In this document: positions 1-10,604 of the stretch, piece by piece
Layout of the letters: each line of letters begins with the position of its first letter
Position numbering within the stretch: position 1 is the stretch's first letter
DNA from: Albugo candida
Taxonomy: Eukaryota
Length of the DNA stretch: 64,000 nucleotides
Reading direction: 5' to 3'
Assembly (NCBI GenBank): GCA_040437565.1
Contig: JBDOQK010000006.1
Coordinates: 496,001-560,000, forward strand
The notes under the pieces: model-generated
Told to the model about the DNA's origin: nothing
The model's database searches: none
Seen by the model: only the letters and a program-made list of their open reading frames with translations
Position numbers and translations under genes: made by a program

Positions 1-327
1 CAAAGTCGTTGTCCACGTTCGTTTCCTTTTCAAAGTGCGCGGGGAAGAACACAATGGCGCGTTAGTTGAAGTTGCATTTGGAGTATCTTCATTTCGATTG
101 GACAATATCGTGCGATGAAAACTTAGATGCGAAGTTAATTTACGTAAAATGCTCCAAGTATGCTCTCTGAATGGAAGATCGTGTTGCGGATCGAGTCGAT
201 TGTATAATTCGGAAACAGCTATACCCGACCTACCTTCAAGTGCAATTTCCTCGATGCAACCTGCTATGAATTCAGGAATAGCTCGTCTTTTTATGGACGT
301 GTCGAGAGTTGCGCTGTTGCAGTGCAT
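1..327 (-). CDS. 5' part of TFIIIC B-block-binding large subunit (GTF3C1/Tfc3-like); runs off the window
   Basis: Manual translation from ATG 327 is open to base 1: MHCNSATLDTSIKRRAIPEFIAGCIEEIALEGRSGIAVSELYNRL. EEIALEG.SG resembles the GTF3C1 N-terminus (DEVALEGLDG). Absent from the ORF track because there is no stop in the window. Confidence 0.65.
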   Translation of the reverse strand, partial: MHCNSATLDTSIKRRAIPEFIAGCIEEIALEGRSGIAVSELYNRLDPQHDLPFREHTWSILRKLTSHLSFHRTILSNRNEDTPNATSTNAPLCSSPRTLKRKRTWTTTL

Positions 328-392
328 TTATAGGAATTTCTGATCCAATCGTTGATGTTGTGCGAGGAAACGAGCAATTGTCTTGCAAGATT

Positions 393-405
393 TTAGCCAA
401 TCAGA
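393..405 (-). promoter_or_regulatory. CCAAT box (TCTGATTGGCTAA) in the divergent TFIIIC/NECAP promoter
   Basis: ttagccaatcaga lies between two divergent start codons and matches the extended oomycete CCAAT motif. Confidence 0.5.
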
Positions 406-753
406 TTATTTAGGACATGCATCAGGAATTGACATATTGGATGAAGGATTGAGGTACGAGTACATGACAGCTTTGTATGATGTTCTTGCCCGCGAAAGAC
501 TTTAATACGTATCGAGTAGAAAATGCTTCATCGAACTTTCCCATACATATGTTTTCATGCGAAATGAAACAGAGAAAACAGAGAATTGCTGCATTGTCTG
601 GACCGTCTCAAGCAACCAAGAAGGAAAGCATGTGATCGCAGTCAAAAGAATTACAAGTGAGAATCGTTCGCTTGGTCTGTCAATTTGCTCTATGTTGAGT
701 TGCACATTACGAAAAACCACATTCGTCCACATTAAATTAGTTTGCGATCGGAA

Positions 754-1500
754 ATGAGTGCTACTGACTCGGAAATCGCCATCGAACAGATAACATTCAC
801 GGACCGGAGTGTCTGGTTCTATCAAATTGTCCCCAAGTACATCTCTACACTTGAACCACGTGCAGATCAATGGGATATAGAGCATCCTTTCATGACGGGC
901 TCAATTGAGGTGATACAACGAGGCGATGATTGTGTCATTCGTCTATACGAACCTCTCAAAGACACCACTGATAAAGTACTATTTGCTGAATGCCCAGTAC
1001 GGATCACTGCTGATTGCTCGCTGGATGTGTACGTACAAGATTGCGTCGATTCCTCACGTTACTTCATGATTCGAGTGGAAGATCGTGCGACCAAAAAAAG
1101 AGTGTTTGTTGGAATCGGATTTCCCGAACGAACAAGTGCTTTCAATTTCAAAGCTGCTCTACAAGATTATATCAAATATCAACGACGTCAGATAACGATC
1201 GCAGCTGCTACAATGTCACTCAGTAAGATCGATGCGGACACCCAAAATGCGTCAGCTGTATCACAAAAATTTGATTACAAGCTTCCACAAGGAGCGAAAA
1301 TACATATCAAATTGAAAACTAATATAGTAAACCAAAGAAACGATACAGAGGAAAAACGAAATACAGTGGAGACAACCTCAAGCGAAAAAGATAACAACAC
1401 ATTTGCGTCACTGAAAAGCTTTGCCATTCCACCACCGCCGAGTACCTCCACTTTTGATGCAGCACAAGATGATGAATGGGGACAATTTACCGCTGCCTGA
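754..1500 (+). CDS. NECAP: NECAP-like adaptin ear-binding protein
   Basis: PHear-type motifs (LFAECP, DSSRYFMIRV, VGIGFPERTSAFNFKAALQD) and a C-terminal WxxF motif DDEWGQF. Confidence 0.9.
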   Translation: MSATDSEIAIEQITFTDRSVWFYQIVPKYISTLEPRADQWDIEHPFMTGSIEVIQRGDDCVIRLYEPLKDTTDKVLFAECPVRITADCSLDVYVQDCVDSSRYFMIRVEDRATKKRVFVGIGFPERTSAFNFKAALQDYIKYQRRQITIAAATMSLSKIDADTQNASAVSQKFDYKLPQGAKIHIKLKTNIVNQRNDTEEKRNTVETTSSEKDNNTFASLKSFAIPPPPSTSTFDAAQDDEWGQFTAA

Positions 1501-1797
1501 TTATTTCAAAAACAGTAAGATGAAGAAAATTCCATATCGTGTAATTATTCTGTAAATGCTTTTGCTGGTCATCTCTGACGATTGGAGCTCCGCTTGTGCT
1601 TTGTTCATTCTGCTGCATCATCGTAAATTGCAAAGAGAGACAAATAAAAAATCTTTTTGTTTTATACTTTATCTCGCAGAGACAGCATTCAGCTATTGAT
1701 GCGTGCTCATTCAACATGCGCTGTCGCGATGACAACGACCGGATTTATTCCCATTGACGTTCCGCACTTAACTTATGTTCGGATATGTGTCTCTTCA

Positions 1798-1813
1798 TTT
1801 CGATTGGCTGAAA
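1798..1813 (+). promoter_or_regulatory. CCAAT box upstream of HECT ligase
   Basis: tttcgattggctgaaa about 40 bp before ATG 1854. Confidence 0.45.
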
Positions 1814-1853
1814 CAAATCGCTTCCAAAACGATCGAATTTTGGTACTAAAGGA

Positions 1854-4800
1854 ATGTCGAACTCTAAGGATCCACTCTCACGACATACAGCAGAGATGCG
1901 CTCACAATCCGATATGCAAGCAGAAGCATCTTGGGATTGTGGCACGTGCACATTCCAAAACGAATCCAATCTCCAGTACTGTGAAATGTGCACGACGCCG
2001 CGGCCAAGAGAACCAACTGCTAGTCGTATCGAAAATGAGTCGACAATATCCGCTAGAAAAGCTCAGAAAAGAAAAAGAAGACCGCGTAAAAGCATCTGTA
2101 CATTATGTTCGTGTGTGATAACTTCCCCATCCAGCGCAAATGTTTGCTCGTCATGCGGGAAGGACGGAGACTCATTCGAAGGAGACGATGAGGAGCTAGA
2201 AGATGGTAATGGAGACGACGAAAAAGAAGAGGATCAACATGGAGACGTTTGGATGAGCGAAAGTGATGATAGCTCTATCACGGAAGAAGTTTTCGTAACA
2301 GATTCTGATTTGATACCACAGAAAAGAACTAATTCGCGTCAAAATTCATATGGAATTTCGAGTGACTTACTTGAGAAGACGATGGAAGAAGGCAATGAAG
2401 ACAAGTTGGCTTCTTATCTGCAGACTTTAACACATACGCTGGCAATTTTAGAAGCCTCTCATGATTCTTCGTGGCGTGATAACCTGCTGATAGGATCTGG
2501 GAACATCTTGGAATCAGGATTTGGGTCAATTCTGTTTAGAAAACATCGAGATTCAGCTCTTCTCACAATTTTGCTTGATATTTATCAAAAATATCGTATC
2601 AAACGGCTCGATGCCTGCCACTACAAAGCGAAAGGCACCAAAGCGTCAAATGATGCCGTGGAAGCAACACTGCAGCTGCAAGCCATTCAATCTGTCAACT
2701 ACCTGCTCAAGATAGAGTTCACATCCATCGATCGAGACATTCTCCTCCGAGTCTCAAAAAGCTACCTGGAGTATCTCATATCCATGAAGCTGCAGTTCCA
2801 CAACGACAATGGTGTATATCGACAGGAAATGTCTCTTGTGGAAGAAATGATCACAGGACTTGGTTGGATGTCACACGTTGACGAGCGCGTCGTTGAATGG
2901 ATTACATCCACACCATTGGAACCAGATTATGACTCTGCTTTGTGTGCACTTTTGGACATTCTTGGAAAAATGCTCAACTCGACCAAATTCCATGTCAATG
3001 TGTTGGGAACAACTCTGAGCATAGTCCAGAAATGCGTTTTCAAATTGCAATGGAAGGACGAATCCCTTGAAGTCAAAGAAACCACGAGTTTGTCGAAGAC
3101 AAATCAGATCAATCTTATGACCGAAAAGCTGGCTAGAAAAGTGATCACGATTCTGGAAACTTGTCTAGCTCCCGGCAATAGCACGATCCATATCCGGGCC
3201 GTCAAGTGCTTTCTCTGCCTGCTGTATCGTATCCCGAAAGATCTTCCTGCAATCTTCACGTCGCTCGTGTCGACGATAATGCTCAAGTCGTACGTCAATC
3301 GAGCTGTCGATCTGCGTTCCAGCGAGAATTGCGACACCAAACATGCACTTCTTTCGCTATTGTATCATCTTTTTGACCATTGTGCCGACTTCATGGTCAT
3401 TTTTGTTAAGAAGAAGCTGTATAAAAAATATTTCAAAGCGATGGAAAAGTTATTCGGATCATCAACGACCACACAACAACTCACTTCAGCAGACAAAGTC
3501 GTCGCAATGGCATCGAATGTGAATGACAGCACCCGACCCACAGATGCATTGAAATCGGCAATGCTTAAGATCCTCCGTTTACTTCTTCAAACAATCTGTG
3601 AAGACAAAGAAAAAGCGCATGGCGTGTATCACGCGTGGCATTCGCTTTTGATGGAATGTATCCGTTCTGATTTACTGATTGGTGTTCGCGCACTGCTTGG
3701 AGAAGGTTGTGAATTATCGTTTACCGACCAAAAATCGCCATCGCCATTGTGTGTCGCTGTAGAACACGCTTCCATGGATCTCGTGCGCTTTCTAATCGGT
3801 CAAGGAGCTGATGTGCGTGCATGCTCTTCTTCCGGAACACCACTGCATATCGCTGTGCGACTTGGTCGATGCGATGTGATGGCATTCCTGTTGGAATGTG
3901 GCACCGATATACACGCTAAAGACCACAATGGCGTTTCTGTGGTCGATGAGCTCAAACACAAGTCTTCACCTGTACAATTCTACGTGGAATCGATTCTGGC
4001 ACAGGATACGTCGTGTCCTGCTGGCAACGATGAAGCGTGGTCTGGCAGATGGATGCAGCATCTTTTACAAAAAGTATCCGATAGCGACAGTGAGAGCTCA
4101 AGTGAATTGGAGGAGGAAGGCTACGAAGATGATTTAGACAGTGCAGAGGAGGACGCAAAGGATGGGCTTCTATACATGGAAGAACTCGACAACATGGACA
4201 GTGATAGTGACGAAGAAGCTTCAGTTCAGTCCTTAGTTCCCATTGAGAAAAAGACAAAGCCGATCCAAGTGCTTGAGTCTGGTGAGCGCTTCCTACGACG
4301 TCTCATGGAGACATTTCTCAATATTCTGCAAAAAGACGTGATGCATTTGAGTAATGGAGTGGTGTCAACGCTCACGCTTGTCTTGGAGAATCTTCCTTCA
4401 GCATTGGCTCAGCAAATCGGTGAATTCAAATCGGCATTACTCCTCGATACAGTTCATTGTCTCCTGCAGGACGCCATCCAAGCAATCAATCCGAATGGAC
4501 CATCTTCTACACTCGAAAGGAGCAGCCTAGAACAGACGCGAATATGTCAGAAAATGCTTTGTGCATTACGCATCCTCGATACGATTCTCACAAAATCAGC
4601 CATGTTTGTCAGCTACGGCGAACTCCACCGACGCGACTTATTCGACCAAGTGACCAGCTGCAAGACATTTTTCAACAAGCACACACAATGTTCTTTGCCG
4701 ATTTGCGATCGTATTCTCACTCGAATGCGTGGATTCGAACAGCGTTCGAGTGCTCGAACACACACACTTGACCATCTCATGACTCAGTTGCAAGCTCGTA

Positions 4801-7800
4801 CAAGCGCAGACGCCGCTATAACAGCGCTCATAGAGCTGCTCGATCATTCCGCGAGCATCACGTTGTATGAATTTGCGCATTTCAACCTCTTGGACGCTAT
4901 TCTCTCGTATCTGTGTGGCTCTGATCAGAAGCAAGTCGACACGGAACGACTTCAGATCCTCTTTCAAGCGTTAGAGCGCTATCCGATGGCTTTTCAACGC
5001 TTAATTCGGTGTCTACAACACATTGTCAACGAAAATCGATTCCCTGTTTTGTTGGCTCACGAGCGAGATCGAAGCGTTTGCCGCAACAAAAGTCTTCAGT
5101 CGCTCACACATTCGCTGTCACTTTCTGTGACGTGCTCTCAAAAGAACACTTTGGGACTCGCAGCAGTGGAAACGTGTAAAAGCTTCCAAGTGACTCCATT
5201 GACCCAATTCCGAGCGTTTGAGCGCGTTCTTCTGCAAACGTTCCCTGTCGCCAACCTCAAACTCAAATGGCTGTACATGTCGCTTGTCGGTCGTCGTATC
5301 TGGAAGCTCGGGCAGAATGGAGAATGGCAATTGTTCTTGGTACTGGGATACGATCCTCAGCGAGATATTCATCTCCTTGTGCCTTTGGATTCTTCGAATT
5401 CGGGTAACCAGGCGATCGCAAAATGTAAGAGAAGAAAACGGCGAAAGAGGAAGGCCGTTATGACGCAAACGATCGCCTCGGATACGGCTGGTGTGCGTTG
5501 GGAAGCAGTCACCGAAGCGAATTTGCACGACGGCCTGTGGAAGCCAATCAGTGCGATCACAGTACGCGAAGATCGATGGATCAATGTAAATTTGTATCAC
5601 AATTGCTCTTCAAAGAAAAGAAAATGCGACTCCACGGTATCCAAACGGCACGCTGACAGGGAACATGTTTGGCTTGTACCTCATCCATCTCGCGGTCTAA
5701 TGAATGCCACAGTACTGGCGGCGACACTTTGTGGGAAGCGATCTGATACAAACACATCTGTGGAGGTCGTCATTCCTTCCAAGAATCCAAATGGAGTCAT
5801 CTCGTTCCAAGTACGTGTCCTCCAAGTCGCATCATGCCAAATTGTGAGAATTCCATCGCAAGCCGATGTGCTGAACGTGCTCTCTCAACGTCGAATCGGC
5901 GAGGTACTTTGGATGAGCATTGACAATGACTCACATGAATGGAGATACTCCACAGCTCCTCGCGTCAGTGTCAGACTCTGTCTTGTACATCAAGCACGAT
6001 TGCCATCTCACAGGTACACAGACGACACGAAGAATCCAAAGCCGTGGCTTGAGGCTTTGATGTATCCAACGCAAGACGCCGATAAGTTCGAATGGCACCC
6101 AAACGTCCGAAAAGTATTATTCGATACCTTCAAAAGCCATGTAAACGCTTGTGAGCACTCGAGCATTTCCAAGAAACAACGACGCCGTAAACAACGCAAA
6201 GAAGCAGTTGGAGCGGAGAAAATCTCATGGAATGTGACGATGGTGACCGATTTTTTGACGAAATTGATGGGGTCCCCTCTACAGCTCGAATGGCGACGGA
6301 GAGTATGGAGTCAGTTTGCTGCACACGCGGAAGCAGTTGGATATCGTGAGTATTTGACGGCAGAGGGCTTTATTGCTTTGATTCGATCATTGTGTATGCA
6401 CAAACGATTCGCACATGCTCTTCTCCACTATCTTCGATCTCGATATGGCGACCGATTCAAAGAAGCACAAGCTTCCGCTCCAATTTGCGAGGATATCATC
6501 TCGGATTTCCAGGGCTTTGAGGCGGATCAGTGCGTCCTGCAGTGTTTGCAGCTGCTCAAGGGACAAAATGGTCTGGAAGATAACGGGATAGCGCCTTGGA
6601 CACTCTCCACCCGCATTCGAATCCAGCATGTTGTGAATTGGTCAGAGCGATCTAGTGACCACTACAAATGCTTTCTGCTTGGACGCTCGCAGTGGACATC
6701 TTGTACAGCTTCAAATCGGGTCAGACGAGCTATGGAACTTCTCAAGATCCTGCACCAAGAATCGCGGCGATCACATGCACTTGAAACCTCAAGTTTAGTA
6801 TCGGAAGCCTGGATCAATACCAACTTGTATGAAAAAGCTCGTCGACAATTGGAGAATGTGTTTGCAATTGCCACTATGACGTACCCGGCTTGGTATCTGG
6901 AGCTTTTGTACCATTACCGCTTCCTCTTTCCACGGGATCTTCGCCAAGCATGGTTCCGAGCGACCGCATTCGGTGCAATTCGATCTTTGGATTGGTATCG
7001 TGAGCATTTTCTTCGTATAGAGGACGTATCCGAGTCACAACAACCGACGCATCTCATTTGGGATGCTGCAATAAATCAAATATTTCCTTCTTCGGAATGG
7101 CTGGATGAGCATGGCGGAATCGATGTATCGTTGGAAAAGAAGACGGATGCACAGACACGATCGCTTTGCGACATTTTGTCGGCCCTTTTCGCAATCAAAA
7201 CGCGCGAGGAAGGGGAAGATAGCTTGGATATCACTCTTGTGCCTTTACCGAGGGAACGAGTGCGGATAACTCGTAATGAGATCATGGAAATGGCGAACAA
7301 AATATTGAAAGGACATTCCAAGCGACGAGCAATTTTGGAAGTCGCGTTCGTAGGCGAGAAAGGCTATGGCACAGGCGTTACTGCGGAGTTTTATTCCGTT
7401 TTCACACAAGTACTTCAGTCGAAAGACATCGGCGCTTTACTGTGGGTGCGTGGAGATGAGCATGACAACAGCGATCACATTTGTCATTCCAATGGGCTCT
7501 TCCCTGTACCGCATCGAATGGTTCCCGCGTTCGTCATTGAGTGCTTCAGTACGATTGGCCGTTTGACGGGAAAGGCTTTGATGGATGAGAGGATCTTACC
7601 CCTTCCTTTATCGCATGATTTCATAAGAATGGCTGTGTATGGCGAATCACTCTCTGTGAATCGGTTAGGTTCGGTCTTTGGGCATGCTGGACGAACGCTG
7701 AGCTTGTTACATGACGTTGTGCATAAGAAGCAGCAGAATTTGGATGGAATACAATCAGAAGTATGGCTTGATACAGCTTGCTTGAGCTTCGTGGACCCAT

Positions 7801-8381
7801 TATCGCAACAAGAACTGATTTCCGGTGGAACAAACGTCCAAGTAGATGTCGAGAATCTTGCCGAGTACGTGACGCTGGTCTTGAAGCTTTGGCTGGATAC
7901 TGGCATACGACAGCAAATTCAGGCATTTCAACGAGGTCTGTCGGAGATTGCATCGATCGATAAACTCGGTGTACTGAGTGTCAAGGAACTGCGTGGTCTT
8001 CTTTGTGGGAACGCCGACATCGAGTGGGATACAGCACTTCTTATGAGCTCCTTCAAGCTTTCACACGGATTCACCAAAGATAGTCCAACAATCCATTATT
8101 TCGTGCAAGTACTCGAAGAAATGAGCATAGACCAACGACGTGAGCTTTTGTTGTACGCAACAGGCTGTCCAAATCTTCCAATTGGTGGGATCGCATGCTT
8201 ACAACCTCGTCTCGAAGTGATTCAGAGAATCGTGGATCCTCAGCTTGTGGACCAAGCGCTTCCATTCGCGAGAACGTGTACCAATACATTTCATCTCCCG
8301 GCGTATACGAGCAAGAAAGTGTTAAAAGAAAGACTCACATACGCTGTTGAGAACAGTAGAGGAATCATTGATCGGGATTAG
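1854..8381 (+). CDS. HECT E3 ubiquitin ligase (Ufd4/TRIP12/UPL3-like) with N-terminal RanBP2-type zinc finger and ankyrin repeats
   Basis: 2175-aa intronless ORF with WDCGTCTFQN..CEMC finger, ankyrin motifs SPLCVAV and GTPLHIAV, LEVAFVGEKGYGTGVTAEFY, and catalytic ARTCTNTFHLP near the C-terminus. Confidence 0.93.
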   Translation: MSNSKDPLSRHTAEMRSQSDMQAEASWDCGTCTFQNESNLQYCEMCTTPRPREPTASRIENESTISARKAQKRKRRPRKSICTLCSCVITSPSSANVCSSCGKDGDSFEGDDEELEDGNGDDEKEEDQHGDVWMSESDDSSITEEVFVTDSDLIPQKRTNSRQNSYGISSDLLEKTMEEGNEDKLASYLQTLTHTLAILEASHDSSWRDNLLIGSGNILESGFGSILFRKHRDSALLTILLDIYQKYRIKRLDACHYKAKGTKASNDAVEATLQLQAIQSVNYLLKIEFTSIDRDILLRVSKSYLEYLISMKLQFHNDNGVYRQEMSLVEEMITGLGWMSHVDERVVEWITSTPLEPDYDSALCALLDILGKMLNSTKFHVNVLGTTLSIVQKCVFKLQWKDESLEVKETTSLSKTNQINLMTEKLARKVITILETCLAPGNSTIHIRAVKCFLCLLYRIPKDLPAIFTSLVSTIMLKSYVNRAVDLRSSENCDTKHALLSLLYHLFDHCADFMVIFVKKKLYKKYFKAMEKLFGSSTTTQQLTSADKVVAMASNVNDSTRPTDALKSAMLKILRLLLQTICEDKEKAHGVYHAWHSLLMECIRSDLLIGVRALLGEGCELSFTDQKSPSPLCVAVEHASMDLVRFLIGQGADVRACSSSGTPLHIAVRLGRCDVMAFLLECGTDIHAKDHNGVSVVDELKHKSSPVQFYVESILAQDTSCPAGNDEAWSGRWMQHLLQKVSDSDSESSSELEEEGYEDDLDSAEEDAKDGLLYMEELDNMDSDSDEEASVQSLVPIEKKTKPIQVLESGERFLRRLMETFLNILQKDVMHLSNGVVSTLTLVLENLPSALAQQIGEFKSALLLDTVHCLLQDAIQAINPNGPSSTLERSSLEQTRICQKMLCALRILDTILTKSAMFVSYGELHRRDLFDQVTSCKTFFNKHTQCSLPICDRILTRMRGFEQRSSARTHTLDHLMTQLQARTSADAAITALIELLDHSASITLYEFAHFNLLDAILSYLCGSDQKQVDTERLQILFQALERYPMAFQRLIRCLQHIVNENRFPVLLAHERDRSVCRNKSLQSLTHSLSLSVTCSQKNTLGLAAVETCKSFQVTPLTQFRAFERVLLQTFPVANLKLKWLYMSLVGRRIWKLGQNGEWQLFLVLGYDPQRDIHLLVPLDSSNSGNQAIAKCKRRKRRKRKAVMTQTIASDTAGVRWEAVTEANLHDGLWKPISAITVREDRWINVNLYHNCSSKKRKCDSTVSKRHADREHVWLVPHPSRGLMNATVLAATLCGKRSDTNTSVEVVIPSKNPNGVISFQVRVLQVASCQIVRIPSQADVLNVLSQRRIGEVLWMSIDNDSHEWRYSTAPRVSVRLCLVHQARLPSHRYTDDTKNPKPWLEALMYPTQDADKFEWHPNVRKVLFDTFKSHVNACEHSSISKKQRRRKQRKEAVGAEKISWNVTMVTDFLTKLMGSPLQLEWRRRVWSQFAAHAEAVGYREYLTAEGFIALIRSLCMHKRFAHALLHYLRSRYGDRFKEAQASAPICEDIISDFQGFEADQCVLQCLQLLKGQNGLEDNGIAPWTLSTRIRIQHVVNWSERSSDHYKCFLLGRSQWTSCTASNRVRRAMELLKILHQESRRSHALETSSLVSEAWINTNLYEKARRQLENVFAIATMTYPAWYLELLYHYRFLFPRDLRQAWFRATAFGAIRSLDWYREHFLRIEDVSESQQPTHLIWDAAINQIFPSSEWLDEHGGIDVSLEKKTDAQTRSLCDILSALFAIKTREEGEDSLDITLVPLPRERVRITRNEIMEMANKILKGHSKRRAILEVAFVGEKGYGTGVTAEFYSVFTQVLQSKDIGALLWVRGDEHDNSDHICHSNGLFPVPHRMVPAFVIECFSTIGRLTGKALMDERILPLPLSHDFIRMAVYGESLSVNRLGSVFGHAGRTLSLLHDVVHKKQQNLDGIQSEVWLDTACLSFVDPLSQQELISGGTNVQVDVENLAEYVTLVLKLWLDTGIRQQIQAFQRGLSEIASIDKLGVLSVKELRGLLCGNADIEWDTALLMSSFKLSHGFTKDSPTIHYFVQVLEEMSIDQRRELLLYATGCPNLPIGGIACLQPRLEVIQRIVDPQLVDQALPFARTCTNTFHLPAYTSKKVLKERLTYAVENSRGIIDRD

Positions 8382-8708
8382 TTCTCGTCATGGAAACATG
8401 TAGTGGTAACACTTATTCAGATGTTNNNNNNNNNNNNNNNNNNNNNNNNNNNNNNNNNNNNNNNNNNNNNNNNNNNNNNNNNNNNNNNNNNNNNNNNNNN
8501 NNNNNNNNNNNNNNNNNNNNNNNNNGCTTGTGGACCAAGCGCTTCCATTCGCGAGAACGTGTACCAATACATTTCATCTCCCGGCGTATACGAGCAAGAA
8601 AGTGTTAAAAGAAAGACTCACATACGCTGTTGAGAACAGTAGAGGAATCATTGATCGGGATTAGTTCTCGTCATGGAAACATGTAGTGGTAACACTTATT
8701 CAGATGTT
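8243..8708. repeat. Gap-flanking direct duplication (8243-8425 = 8526-8708); assembly artefact
   Basis: Same sequence on both sides of the 100-N gap 8426-8525. Confidence 0.9.
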
Positions 8709-8904
8709 GATTTGGTACAGAGAATCAGTGTTTTTATGCCCAATAAAGTCGATTTGTTATGTATTGCGATGAGTGCATCTCTTCGAGAAGGAGCGCAATA
8801 AAAAAGGGAAATCTTTGGGGTGAAAGCCTTTCGGAAGCGCTTTGAAAAGCAACAAGTGACATAATAAAGTACCGCCTTCTATTCAGGCTACATTGACATT
8901 GGCA

Positions 8905-10061
8905 ATGAATTTCAAAGTTAATTTCTCAAATGGATCGTCGATCAAATTGTTCAACTTACCGCCTGAAGCTACATTAAGCGACTTGAAAACTGAGATTGAG
9001 AGAAAATCCGGGATTATAGAAGAGGATCAACATTGTAAGAGGGTATTAAAGTTTACGAATGTCGTTCTCATCCTACTTGGCGCTTAGTGATGACTGGGTT
9101 CCCGCCAGTACCTATAGCAGGAAGTCAAGTTCGTGATTTCTTTCAAAAATAACTCTATTCTCACTGCAGTTTACTGAAAGAATGAAACCCTGGTAACTCT
9201 TGGCTTACGCTCAGGCTCAGTTCTACTCGTGAGAGAAGCAATGCTCAAGTCAGCCGAAATGGGCGTCAAGCCATCCCAGAGCGTCTTTCTTCGTCGCGTT
9301 ATTCCAGCAGACAACAGCTGCTTATTCAACTCCATCGGGTATGCACTCAAAAGAGAAAAATCGGGAAATGGGCAAGCGATGCGCACACTCATCCAGAAGA
9401 CTATTATTGAGAATCCAAAGACCTACACAGCCGTGTTTCTGGGCAAACCAGTGCATGCATATTGTGCCTGGATTCTGGATGATCGTTCATGGGGCGGTGA
9501 AATCGAATTATCCATTCTCTCTCTACACTTTAGAATCGAAATTGTAGTTTTTGATGTTATCAGTATGGCACGCCTTTGTTATGGAGAAGATCAAGGCTTT
9601 TCACAGCGTATATTTCTTCTGTACGACGGTGTACATTATGATGTCGTAGTGGAGGCAATGTCTGAGAAATCCTCTGAGCAAAACGATATCACTCGTTTCG
9701 CTATCAATGACTTTGATAAGGTACGCGATGTCTTTATGAGGGTCCAAGCACAGCTGTCGAATGGATCTGGATAGGTTCAACGAGCCAGTGAGGTTGCAGT
9801 CGCAGCACACCAAGTAACTTGTTTCCTTGAAAATTAATGACGTTGCCTCATCGTTTTGTGTAGAATCACGAGTATACAGATTTGAATGGCTTCACCATTC
9901 AGTGTTTCGATTGTCGAGCATCTTTTCGCGGGCAGGTAACTCATCCGACTGAAACGGTTTGCTAAAGAATGAGCATGAGCTCATACGCGGTCATGTAGCG
10001 TGAAGCACAAGTCCATGCACAAGAAACTGGGCATCGAAAATTTGGTGAAATCAAGCAGTAA
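8905..10061 (+). CDS. OTU1: OTU1/YOD1-like deubiquitinase (multi-exon)
   Basis: N-terminal ubiquitin-like domain with TGFPP, OTU motifs VIPADNSCLF, WGGEIEL and YDGVHYD, and a spliced C-terminal zinc finger CFDC...AQVHAQETGHRKFGE ending at TAA 10059-10061. Confidence 0.9.
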
Positions 10062-10342
10062 CTCCGTTATCGNNNNNNNNNNNNNNNNNNNNNNNNNNNN
10101 NNNNNNNNNNNNNNNNNNNNNNNNNNNNNNNNNNNNNNNNNNNNNNNNNNNNNNNNNNNNNNNNNNNNNNNNTGTTTCGATTGTCGAGCATCTTTTCGCG
10201 GGCAGGTAACTCATCCGACTGAAACGGTTTGCTAAAGAATGAGCATGAGCTCATACGCGGTCATGTAGCGTGAAGCACAAGTCCATGCACAAGAAACTGG
10301 GCATCGAAAATTTGGTGAAATCAAGCAGTAACTCCGTTATCG
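9903..10342. repeat. Gap-flanking direct duplication (9903-10072 = 10173-10342); assembly artefact
   Basis: Same sequence on both sides of gap 10073-10172. Confidence 0.9.
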
Positions 10343-10604
10343 CCAGCATTCTCGGTCTACGAAATCACCTCTGTAATTCCGATTGGCGATATCACTTTTT
10401 CGTGGAGCATAGTACGAACCCAGATCAGGCAACGTCCATGCTGAGTTCAGTGCGTATTCTAAGCCTTAAACTGCAATAGAACTCTCGATCTGCGGCATCA
10501 ACTAAAGTCAACACTACACGCTTTTCTTGAAATCTGACGATAAAGCACAGAAACAGCTTTTCAACTTTACATCTTGGACAGTATTTCTTTACTTATTCTT
10601 CGGA

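Noticed and set aside
1854-8381. Numerous short overlapping and antisense ORFs within long genes
   Set aside because: Shadow ORFs of real coding sequence with no independent motifs; the same applies throughout the window.
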